64,000 bases of DNA from Utricularia gibba (taxonomy: Eukaryota; Plantae; Magnoliophyta), in NCBI GenBank assembly GCA_002189035.1, contig CM007990.1, forward strand, positions 5,456,001 to 5,520,000, given 5' to 3'. The notes beneath the pieces are model-generated. The model saw only the letters and a list, made by a program, of their open reading frames with translations, searched no databases and was not told where the DNA came from. Below are positions 1-10,327 of this stretch, piece by piece. The number at the start of each line of letters is the position of its first letter. Position 1 is the first letter of the stretch. The position numbers and the translations under genes are program-made.

Positions 1-3000
1 GCAGGATCCAACCTTGACTGGCGGCTAATGCGATAATCAATTTTATTGTATCCAGACGAGCTACCGGTGCGAAAGTCTCCCAGTAGTCTATACCTTCCTT
101 TTGAAGATATCCTTTTGCAACCAGCCTAGACTTTAACTTATTTACTGAGCCGTCTGGATTTAGCTTTGTGCGATAAATCCATTTTAATCCCAACGGTTTA
201 ATATTGAGAGGTTTATCCACCGCTGTCCACACTTGATGCTCTGCTATGGCCTGTAACTCATTATCCATTGAGGTTTTCCATGCAGGATCATTGAGAGCTT
301 CGAAGGGAGAGGTAGGTTCACAAATCATAAGCGATCTGTCATAGACTTCAGTAAGAGGACAGTAACCTCTAGCAGGCTCTTCATCTATGAGATGATCGGC
401 TGACTGCAGCATAAAGTGATGTGTATAGGAATTGTAGTTGTTTGCTGAATCTTCTGAGATATTTTCTGTGTTATCATGTCTTTCAGATATAATTTGCTCA
501 GAGTTTTGGAAGTGAGATGTATTTTCCTCCTGTTCTTGTAATGAAGAGAATTGATATTCTGATTCTCTGCTTTCTCCATGTTGAGGCTGTTGCGACGAAG
601 TAGGATATGGCATATGATCATTACTTTGCATGTCTTGATTCCTTTCTGAGTGATGTCTGAAATAATTGTTGTCCTCTGTTTCTGCACCAACAAGATTGGA
701 ATTATTCGTAATAGTGGTATTAGTTTCAGGAAGTTCATTGACAAGATTCTCTTCGTGCATTTCAGTAAGATTTTCAGATGCATTGATAGGAAATAGGAGT
801 TGCATGTCTCTGGAATATTCAGCTTCGTTTTCAGGAGTAGAAGAGATATTATGCCAGTCATAGGTCAGACTTTCTTCAACCACAACATCAGCACATCTTT
901 GAACTTCTATACATTGTTTGGATGGAATAAATATTCTGTAAATTTGAGAGGAGTCCGAATATCCCATAAAGACCCCCATTTGAGCATGATTCTCTAACTT
1001 TCTGCGTTTTTCTTTAGATATATGGACATAGCAGAGGGATCCGAAGATTTTCAGATTCTGTAGATCTGGGACTTTTCCATACCACAGTTCATGTGGAGTT
1101 TTTCCTTCAGGTATTCCTTTGGTGGGAAGTCGATTTAATAGGAATACCGCTGTGTTAACAGCTTCTCCCCAAAAGCGCAATGGTAAGTTGTGTTCCAATA
1201 ACAAGCAACGAGCCATATTCATAATCGTTTGATTTTTCCTTTCACAAACACCATTTTGTTGAGGGGTATATGGAACGGTAAACCGATGAACTATACCACT
1301 TGCATTGCAGATGTCTCGGAGTTCGGATGATTTGTATTCCCCGCCATTGTCTGAATGCAAAGTAAGTATTCTACAATTGCTTTGTAATTCTGCCATCATC
1401 TTGAACTGCTTGAAGTATTTAGTCACTTCAGACTTTTGCTTAAGAAAATATACCCACATATGCTTGGTGTAGTCATCAATAAATAGGACATAGAATTTCT
1501 TTCCACCAGGTGTCTCAACATGCATAGGTCCGCATACGTCAGAGACTACTAGCTGTAGTTTAGAGTCGGATACTTCAGTACGATTCTTGAATGGCTTCTT
1601 GTGCATTTTCCCAAATAGACAGGTGCTGCACGGGAAATTCCAGTCCTTTAATTGAGGTACGCCATGTATAACTCCTTGGGTTTGCGCTGTTCTGAGTTGG
1701 CTTGCATGATAGTGACCTAATCTTTTGTGCCATAGGAAAGAGGTATTTACAGCTGCAAGACAGAAATTACTATTAGTTGTCATGCAGTTAACTGGAAAGA
1801 GGCGATTTACCATGGGCACTTTTAGTACAATATTGTGAGCATAATCCTTCAACAAGCACATATTGTTCTCTATATTCAACTCATATCCACATTCTGCTAG
1901 TTGTCCTGCACTCAGTAAGTTGTGAGAAGCCTTTGGTACATAGAATACATTAGTAATCTTGATGAGTTTTTGTTCAGTTTCCAGACAGATTGATCCAACA
2001 CCTTCAACTGCAATGAGCGTTCCATCAGCAATGGTGAGAGTTTTTCCTGATATTGGGGTATATGTTGTGAATATAGACTTGTTGTTGGTCAAGTGATTAC
2101 TGCAGGCGCAATCAATGAACCAGATTGTGTTGTGTCGTAGATCAGTGAAATCAGAGAGAGTAGTCTTGCTGCACAAGATATAAACTGAAGACTTCACTTT
2201 CATATTTGAATCATCAGGAGATACATGAATTGATTTGTTTTTTGAATGTTCAGAAGATGCAGCAACAACATAAGTAGAGGCATATGATTTCTTGGTGGGA
2301 CACACACGCTCCACATGGCCTTTGGTTGAACAGATTGCGCAATGAGCCTCAGGATGCCAAAAACAGTTCGTTGGAATGTGGTTTTTCTGTGCGCAATATG
2401 GGCAAGGAGGATGTGGCCCCTTTTTCTCTTTCTTGACAGGTAGGAAACTTGGTGCAGAATATTGTTGTGTCCCATTTTCTCCTTTAGGACCTGCTATAGT
2501 AAGTGATGCTTTGAAGGCAGCTTCTAATAGATTTTCTTCATTGCGAGATTTACGTCTGCTGTCCACATTTTTGAAGTGTTGGAGCAGTTGCTGCAGACTC
2601 AGAGTTTCTAGAAATCCGGTTGCTTCCAAGGATTCAACGACAGCATCATAATCTGCCGGAGCACTATGAATGATCCTGGCCTTAAGCTTGCGCTCTTCAC
2701 GGGAGTCAACTTCTTCTCCAAGGCGCTTTAGTTTTTCCAGGTTTTTGAGAAGTTGTTCTGCATTGGTGGCTACCTCGCCATCTCTAATTTTGAAGTTGTA
2801 AACTTCATTCCATAGTTTCTGTATCTCCCTGTGCTTGTCTTCCTTTGTTTCTTCAAAGGTTTTCTCGGGCATAAGCCACGCCTCTCTTGGAGACCTTCGA
2901 GTTATACACCTGTAAGCATCTCCAACCACTGCTGTGGCTAGCACAGCTGCAGCCTGAATTTCTTTGTCTCTATAAGCTTTTTCAGCTGCAGTTTTTTCTT

Positions 3001-3139
3001 CAGGTGTTCCTTCAAAAACTGGATCAGTGGCTATTATTTTCCAGAGCCCATGAAGTTGGAGATATATCTCCATTTTTGGCGCCCAAATATCGTATTCCTT
3101 TCCGTCAAAAATGGGAGGTAATATGTTTGTTACAGACAT
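1..3139 (-). mobile_element. Ty1/Copia retrotransposon gag-pol ORF (gag, zinc knuckle, protease, integrase, start of RT), running off the left edge
   Basis: Manual translation from ATG 3139: MSVTNILPPIFDGKEYDIWAPKME (Copia gag N-term); CPYCAQKNHIPTNC knuckle (~2365-2410); WFIDCACSNHLT protease (~2085-2125); LWHKRLGH; integrase SDVCGP, SDNGGEY, YTPQQNGVCERKN (~1220-1550); RT KSRLVAKGY and GIDYWETFAPVARLDT (~50-140). Gag start, knuckle and RT were checked to share one frame. Domain order PR-INT-RT is Copia-type. Confidence 0.97.
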
Positions 3140-3253
3140 GATGACACTCTTTTGAGAACCTGCGATAGAATATAGAGTAAGGTAAGAAGCCTTTAGATGT
3201 AGTGTTTGAGTGGCAAACCGTGTTTGGAAGGATAGCAATGTTGAGCTGCTTGT

Positions 3254-3271
3254 TTCACGTCGGGTTCACCA
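3254..3271 (-). other. Primer-binding site complementary to the 3' end of plant tRNA-Trp(CCA)
   Basis: Minus strand TGGTGAACCCGACGTGAA directly follows ...CTATCA. The plus strand TTCACGTCGGGTTCACCA matches my recollection of the plant tRNA-Trp 3' end including CCA. Confidence 0.85.
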
Positions 3272-3660
3272 TGATAGCAGTTTATATCGATGTGTGAGGG
3301 TTGTAGAACAGATATTTTTATTAATGTTATGCAAGAGTACACATATTTATAGTTCTTTAGCAACGGTCGCCTACTTCTAGGGATTAGCCGTTGCTCACTA
3401 CGACTTCCAACAATATTGACTTCAGCACGTTGGGCCATATCATCATGTTGGGCCATTTTCTTGAAGTGGATGAGTAGCAAGATCTTTGTTGGTGGCCCAT
3501 CTTCTGATCTTGCTGTCCAGTATAATCAGTCCGAGTTGCTGACAGACCTTCTTCTTCTTCCTCCCGTTATCTCTCAACACATTCGTATTTTCCTGTTCTG
3601 GGTCCTCCACATTTCTCACAGTTTGCTGCTGGTTTATCTCATATTCGTCCTCACTCGACA
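3272..3660 (-). mobile_element. 5' LTR of the Copia element (3' end at 3272 firm; 5' end uncertain: 3412, 3442, 3579 or 3660)
   Basis: Ends in CA immediately before the PBS. Contains CTATAAAT (3345-3352), AATAAA (3317-3322) and an 8-bp inverted repeat AGCAACGG/CCGTTGCT (3359-3395). Candidate TG starts: TGTTGG 3412, TGATA 3442, TGTTGA 3579, TGTCGA 3660. Confidence 0.7.
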
Positions 3661-6600
3661 TCACCGTTGTGGATCGTCGTGGAGCGGGAATGGGTGCGAG
3701 CCTGGAAGCAGCTGCCTCCGGATCATATTTCACTAGTCCCAGCTCCCTGGAAGCTTGATGACCGTTGCCGTTGCTGCTCCCGTCGTCCCACTGCTGAGCG
3801 CGGAAGCGTCCCGGCGTCCCTGGAGAGCCATTGGCGTTCGCGTCGCTGCGGTGTTGGTCTCGGAGGAGGTGGACGGGGGACATCTGTCCGTGCAGCGGCG
3901 TCCCTGGCCGGCTCGACATGGGTGTCGCCGGGCCGGAGCCCTTGGTGTGCTTGATGTTCTTCTTGGCGGTATGGTGCCAGTTCCTCAACGCGGTGGCGAC
4001 TCTCTCGTTGAATATCGTGGGCTTCATATTCGACCCCATCTGCAACCACAGGCACAACCTTAATCTCTGCATCCTCCCCCACAACCACAAACAACGAAGA
4101 AAACATCAGGTAATCAATCACTCGTACCTGAGTAACCAGGGCGTAGAGCGGGAGAGTGACGTAGCTGCAGAGTATCTGGATAAGAACCCTAATGCAGACA
4201 ACTCCCATGTTAAGCTAAGCTAGCTATAGATATAGGAAGAAGAATGACTCTCTCTGCGTGAAACAACGCTTCTTAGTTCTTACCCCATGGTGATTCTGAT
4301 CACAATATCTTCAACATGTCGATGGAAACATGACTTCAGCCCGAATTCATACTGCGAAAAACCGGAGAATATTCGGATCAAGAATATCGAAATCGCATAG
4401 GCATTGTCTCATTTTGATCAAGGCTTACCCAACTCCAAGCGAAGAACGCAAGTTGAAAGGCGTTCTGCCAAAAGAAAGGGGAAATTTTTATGGTTGTAAT
4501 AATATATTTGAATATTTTGGTTATTATTATTTGGGAAAATTAATACCTGGAAAAGAACGAAGTTTATGAGATAGAGAATGAGCCGGGGGCGGTTGAACCA
4601 GAAAAGGTCGTCTCCCGGTTCAACAACGGGTGCGCCTTTTACCACTTCGCCCCTCTCCTGAATCCGGAGCCCCATTTTCGTAATTATCACTTGCAGCTTC
4701 GTCCCGATTAATAAGATTATCTGAATAAAATAAATGTATCATATATTTTCCCTCTTTTTTTAAAAAAAAAAAGAAGAATAATTACCATCAATGGAATGAA
4801 CGGCAACCATAGATAGGAGTACCACCCTGAAAACCAAAAACTCAATAAGAATGTAACGGAAAAGTCCATTATACCCTTGGAGGAGTGGAGGACGTACCGT
4901 GTGTGTTAAATAGTAAAAAGAGCACCGCAAATAGCCAAATTGGAGGACTGAAATTAAAAAAAAAAAAAAATTGATTAAATTATTTATTGATAATATATTT
5001 TATTTTATTTTAAAAAAAATCTGAAAAAGAAACCTAACCTTATCCCAACAACCACTTTGAAATCTTCTTCAAGTGATCGGTTTATGTACTTCTGGAAATC
5101 AAAGCTTGCGTGGCTATGTGGGGCCAGATGTGCCTAGTAACAAAAAAAACAGATATTTTTCCTGAAATCATTTTTTAAAAAAAAAAAGAAAAAGGAAAAT
5201 GAATACTATATAATATTTTTTTACCGTAATAAATCCATGTCTCAATGTCAAGTAGTCAACCCTCGGTACGGATCTCACAAATTGCCTAAAAAAACAAACC
5301 TACCACATAAAAAAGGATGGTCACATAATGCTTAGTAACTAATTTCTAAAATAAATAAATTTTATAGATGGTAAAATAAAAATTTGACGACAAATTAAAA
5401 TATAATATACGTAAATCTATCTATCCAACACATTTTAAATATAGAAATTAACTTCAATTTTAAACGAGCGAACAAACGTGCGCTTAGGGTTATTAGGGGG
5501 GTAGAAAAAGATTAACTGGGGATGTGAATGTAATTAAGGAGATACGGTGAAGATAATGAAGAGTAGGGTAAAAAAAGAATTGGTTTCGTGAGTAGGGAGG
5601 TCCAGAGTTCAAAAGTCAGCAATGACTGCATTAATATACCTTAATTCAACTAAAGATCGGGTCTTGATCTCTATAATTTAGACATATAAAATAATGATAC
5701 TAAAATCATTATCAATATTGCCACTCACACTAAGTACACCTGCGCACTGGATTTAATTGTGTGTTGTAGAAAAAGGATGTGTTTGTGAAATAAAGTAATG
5801 GGTGTTGTTGTGGAGTTGAAGTGGAAGCTTACGATCCAGAGGAGAGCCGGGTTTGTGCTCCAGAAGCTCAGGTGCCTTCGCCCGAATGAGGTGTCCCTTG
5901 CGAACCGGAATCTCTCGGGATCTGCATCACAGGGGGGGTTCATTTGATGAGTTTGGTGGGGTGTGGGGATTGATGAGAAGGGTTTCGGGTTACCATGTGA
6001 GAACTGGTACTCGGCGGTTCTGGTTTCCTCTTCCCAAATCTTCCAGCTTCTCATCTGCAGGCAGTGGATGAATTAGGGTTTTTGGGTGATTAGGGGGAGT
6101 GGGAGGAGTATGGGATTCTTACCTTTAACCGGCCCAATGCGAGGGTGAGAATACAGTAGAGAATATGGAAAACGGCTAAAACGAAGATGAAGATGTGGAG
6201 CTGGTGAATCCCATCTGATGACACGAAGGGAACCAGACCCTGCAGTTTTCACTTTCTTTTAACAAAAAAAAATGTACATGTGTGATAATTTGAGGTTTAT
6301 TAGGGTAGGGTGTTCTTGCCTTGCTTGCGCATTTGTCTTCTCCGGCGGGAGCGAGCATCCGTCGGAAAACGGTGTCTTCCGCAGTGAAGAGGAGCCTCCG
6401 GTGGTGGTCCGATGGATACTTGGCCGTCTCCTGGCTCTTGGTGCATGGATGCCAAGTTGATGCCAGGGATTTGGGTATGCAGATTTCGGCGATTATTCCT
6501 TGGCCCACAGTCAGCATAAGGGATATGAACCCCAGCAACATCAGCTCTGCGGAAACCACAATTTTCCACCTCATGAAGTATATACAGAAAACAATTAAAT

Positions 6601-6873
6601 CTCGCACTTACCGGATTTCACCTTTTCGAGAGACTCATACAGAGCCTTCTTGTTCTTTTTCTTCAGCCACTGTACTGACGCCGACAGACAACTTGAGCGC
6701 AAAACCAAAAAAAAAAAGGGAGGAACAAACCAAAGGAGATCGGTACGGACCTTTCCGATCAAGTGGATGATGTGTTCGATGAAAATCGATATCGCAACCA
6801 AAACGAAGCACACAACCGCAACGGCCCATGTGGGAGTTTCCTCCAGCGACCGACCTCCGCCGCCTCCAGCCAT
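3443..6873 (-). CDS. MLO: MLO seven-transmembrane protein, clade V-like (AtMLO2/6/12 type), 15 exons
   Basis: Traced exons: [23 protein letters not shown]; [19 protein letters not shown]; [16 protein letters not shown]; [23 protein letters not shown]; [22 protein letters not shown]; [19 protein letters not shown]; [11 protein letters not shown]; CaM-binding [18 protein letters not shown]; clade V-like [18 protein letters not shown]. Confidence 0.95.
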
Positions 6874-7040
6874 TGATCAACTCTTCCGGCGGCTGTGAAC
6901 GCCTCTCCCAGGTCCAGTCGAAACCGAAGGAAAACTTGTCCAGGGGGAGGAAGGGGGTGATCGATTTTAGGGGAAACAAGTAGCTGAGCCTGAGAAGACA
7001 GAGGCTAAAATGGGCATTTAAATAAAATCCGTGGAAGACT

Positions 7041-7462
7041 TTGACCCCATGACGCGTGTTGAAGAACATTTTTGTTTTTTTGTTTTTATTATATAATTCG
7101 AATAAATGAATGCCTTTTATTTCATATTTTCATTGACTTGATCCACACAAAAGTCCTCCGTTCAAAAATTCGAGCTCACCAAGTCCTGGTCTAAGTGTGA
7201 AGTTGCTGTCCCATGTTCAGACCGTTTGGTCGAACGACGGCTACTCAAAATTAAATTCAATTAAATTTTAATTTCTTGGGGAAAAAATGCAGTTAAAAGA
7301 GCAAGAAAGAGTCAGTAAAAGAAGAGGAGAAAAAGTCCAGAGGCGGATCAGGAAAGCGACCCGCAATTGATTTTATTGCATGACTCCATGTTGGAAAAGG
7401 GAAAATGGGGTCATTAGTAAAAGGTTAATGGTATTAAAGGTGTGAGACGGTTTCATTTGACT
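7041..7462. promoter_or_regulatory. W-boxes upstream of the clade V MLO
   Basis: TTGACC 7041-7046, TTGACT 7133-7138 and 7457-7462. Confidence 0.4.
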
Positions 7463-9125
7463 GCTGCTCACTTGGTAATATAATATAATAATTATTATAT
7501 TTAAATTCAATTTTTAATAATAGATTGAATAAGATTCATTAATTTTTTTATTATGGACTATGAATATTATAAAAAATAAAATTAAGTATTTACATATAAT
7601 GTTTTCAATTTCTATTTTTAAAATTTTTTATTAAATTTATGGAATCCAATTCAAATTTCTAGTCACCATTTAAAATTTCTATTTGAATTTTTATATTTAT
7701 GTATTTCATTTGTATAGATGAAATTATGTTTTACAAATATATATTCAAAATGTTATTATATTTAATATATTTGATTCATTAAGAAAAATTATGTTGTAAA
7801 ATAATTTTAATAACCATACGTTAAAGAATTTACGTAATTATTTTAAAATCATGTATATATTTGATAACATCTACCATATATAATGATTGGATCTCCATTT
7901 TTTTAATATACGATTAGAAATACTACTTAAATTATACAAGTAATTTAAAAATAATAATCAAATTTTGGAAGATTTATAATATTTTTTATACTAATGGAAA
8001 GCGATTTTGTTGTTTTTTTTCTCTACCCACCACTTAATTGCGCCCTAATCCACACGCAAGTTCTTTCTAAAGATTGGTTAAAGAAGAAGAAAAGAAGAAG
8101 AGTACTTTTGGAATTCATTATTATATTTTAAAAAATGATCAACTTTAGTAATTAATTTTTTGAGCAAATTGGGTTGCCAAATTTTTTCCATATAATACAA
8201 AAAGGGTATTTCTAATGGCTATTTAGCCGTGGTCGGAGAGTTTCAATCTACTTAGGGTTTGAATCGTTTTGTATCATGAATCATTAGTATTAATGATTTG
8301 ATTAAATTTAAATTATTTTAAAATATACAAATTAAATTATAGTATAATGATAATTTAATGGTGATTGAAGTATTCAAATTTTATTTTTTTTAAAAAAATA
8401 ATTTAATCACGATTGGAAGTACCATTAAGTCTTAAACCGCACATGATCAATTCAAAGTTTTTTTTATATAATTTAAAACATAGGGGTAAGCCAACATCCA
8501 GGTGGTTTCATTGAAAGAAGGTAATTACTATTTTAACCGTACGGGTTTGTTATAAAAAGTTGTTTTTATCTATGATGTGTTAGAAGAGTAGGGTGAACCC
8601 GCCCCAGCCCCCTTATTACACACATTAAAGCCCACCAGGGGGCGACTAGGAACCGGGGCTACGTCTTTCTCGGACCGGGTTGCCGTTTATGTGGAATGAT
8701 TGATCAGGGAGGCCGTTGCCTCCCCCTGTCTCCACCCCCACCCCCATCTAATTATCTTATGAAATTTAAATAATTTATATTATAAATTTCATTTATTCTT
8801 TAATTTATGGCGAAAGACAAATCTATTTATTAGGTATTTCACCATTTATGGTACATAATTCCTCTTCTAACCTCAATATAAATTAATGTTAATTATCAAT
8901 TATATTCCTTGTCTTTTAGGTTGTTTATATTTAAAAATTATTTTTTTACATTCTTTTTTTCAACAAGGGGAGAAAAAAAAAGAGGAGTGTGAAGCCGAGA
9001 GAAGCTTAGTTTCCCATGTCAAGGTGTCTCCATTATCATGTAAGAGCCCCTTTGACTCCCAAACATGATGGAATTTGGATGCCGAATTTATTTGATTCTA
9101 CTTCTTGAAAATCATCTAATACATA

Positions 9126-9804
9126 GGGCACGTTTGGTTACTGGGTTTAGATGGGTTGCGACGTGGGTTTAGACATAAACCTACGTTTGGTTCGTGGGTT
9201 TCAGGTGGGTAAAAATAAACCCACCTGTTGACCATAAACCGGGCGGGAACCCTTGGAACTAGGTTTTCATTTTTTGTGAAAATAAAGAAAATAAAGATGA
9301 AGACAAAGAAAAAAATAAAGATGAAAGTAATAATAATATGTCTAATATTGTGGGTTTTCATTTTTGGTGCTGAATGTGAGTTTTCGTTTTGAAGACGAGC
9401 ACTGCGTATATTATTATCCGGTGATTGCTATAAAATATGAATTTTCGTTTTAAAGACGAGCACCGCGTCTATTATTACTCAGTACTTATTATAAAATAAA
9501 GTTTCAACTAAGCACCGTAATTTATGTTATACGGTGCTTGATTGAACTTATAAAATGATATAGAAAAATAAAATATATGATAATTTATTTTAATTAACTA
9601 AAGGGTATGTTGGTAATTTTATATGAAAATTATCACAAACCTAATTTTAAACCCACTTACCAAACGTGTATTCATCTTAAACCCAAATAATTTAAACCTA
9701 TCAACCAAACACAGATTACACCCTTTAAACTCATATAATCGGGTTATCTAAAACCAAATAAACTAAACCTGGGTTTAGATCAAATCTACCAACCAAACGC
9801 GCCC
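9126..9804. mobile_element. Tourist/PIF-Harbinger-like MITE (~680 bp)
   Basis: TIRs GGGCACGTTTGGTT (9126) and AACCAAACGCGCCC (ending 9804), 13/14 match; ATA on both flanks as a 3-bp TSD; internal repeats (TTTTCGTTTT.AAGACGAGCAC twice); no coding capacity. Confidence 0.8.
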
Positions 9805-10094
9805 ATAGTATTTCAATCAATAGAGATTGAAGTTTTCGTAATTATAATGTGAGATAATTGATTTTCTGTTTTTTTTTAAAAAAAAATTATAAATAATTTT
9901 TTATTTAATACATATGATTTATATTTTAAAAAATATATATATATTTAAGTAGACCTGGTCTCATCTCAATTCCCATCTTTGGCCTGGTGGTTTAGATAGG
10001 ATATAATTTTTAGAATTTTTAAATATATATAATTTTATGTGTAAAGAAATTGCAAATTATGTCAAATAAAAAACAAATGTCTGTTGTCCGAATT

Positions 10095-10141
10095 AGTCAA
10101 AGACCCGCACACCAAAGTCCAAGGGGGTGAGTTGCAGTCAA
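10095..10141. promoter_or_regulatory. W-box pair upstream of the MLO3-like gene
   Basis: AGTCAA at 10095-10100 and 10136-10141. Confidence 0.35.
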
Positions 10142-10327
10142 ATTCGATAATGAATGCTCATTGGACCGATTCGCATAGCCTATTCGTCAATTGGAGATTT
10201 GGCGGGAGTAGGTCCCACTCCGATCTCCTCTCCTTATTCACCCCGTCCCTTCATCCAACAGCCTCTGTCATCCGGCATTGTGATTCTCAGACTCAGAACC
10301 CAATTTCTTTCCCTCCAAGGCGGCATC

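Noticed and set aside
385-3141. ORF-track ORFs at 385-861, 666-997, 2200-2651 and 2887-3141
   Set aside because: Alternative frames or antisense of the Copia gag-pol, whose real frame is unlisted because it has no stop inside the window.
3254-3271. tRNA-Trp gene
   Set aside because: Only the 3' 18 nt including CCA match, next to an LTR end; this is a PBS, not a tRNA gene.
5725-5760. Apparent truncation of the MLO at AQVYLV*
   Set aside because: Intron read-through; the true next exon (VCFFRQF) is at ~5224-5299.
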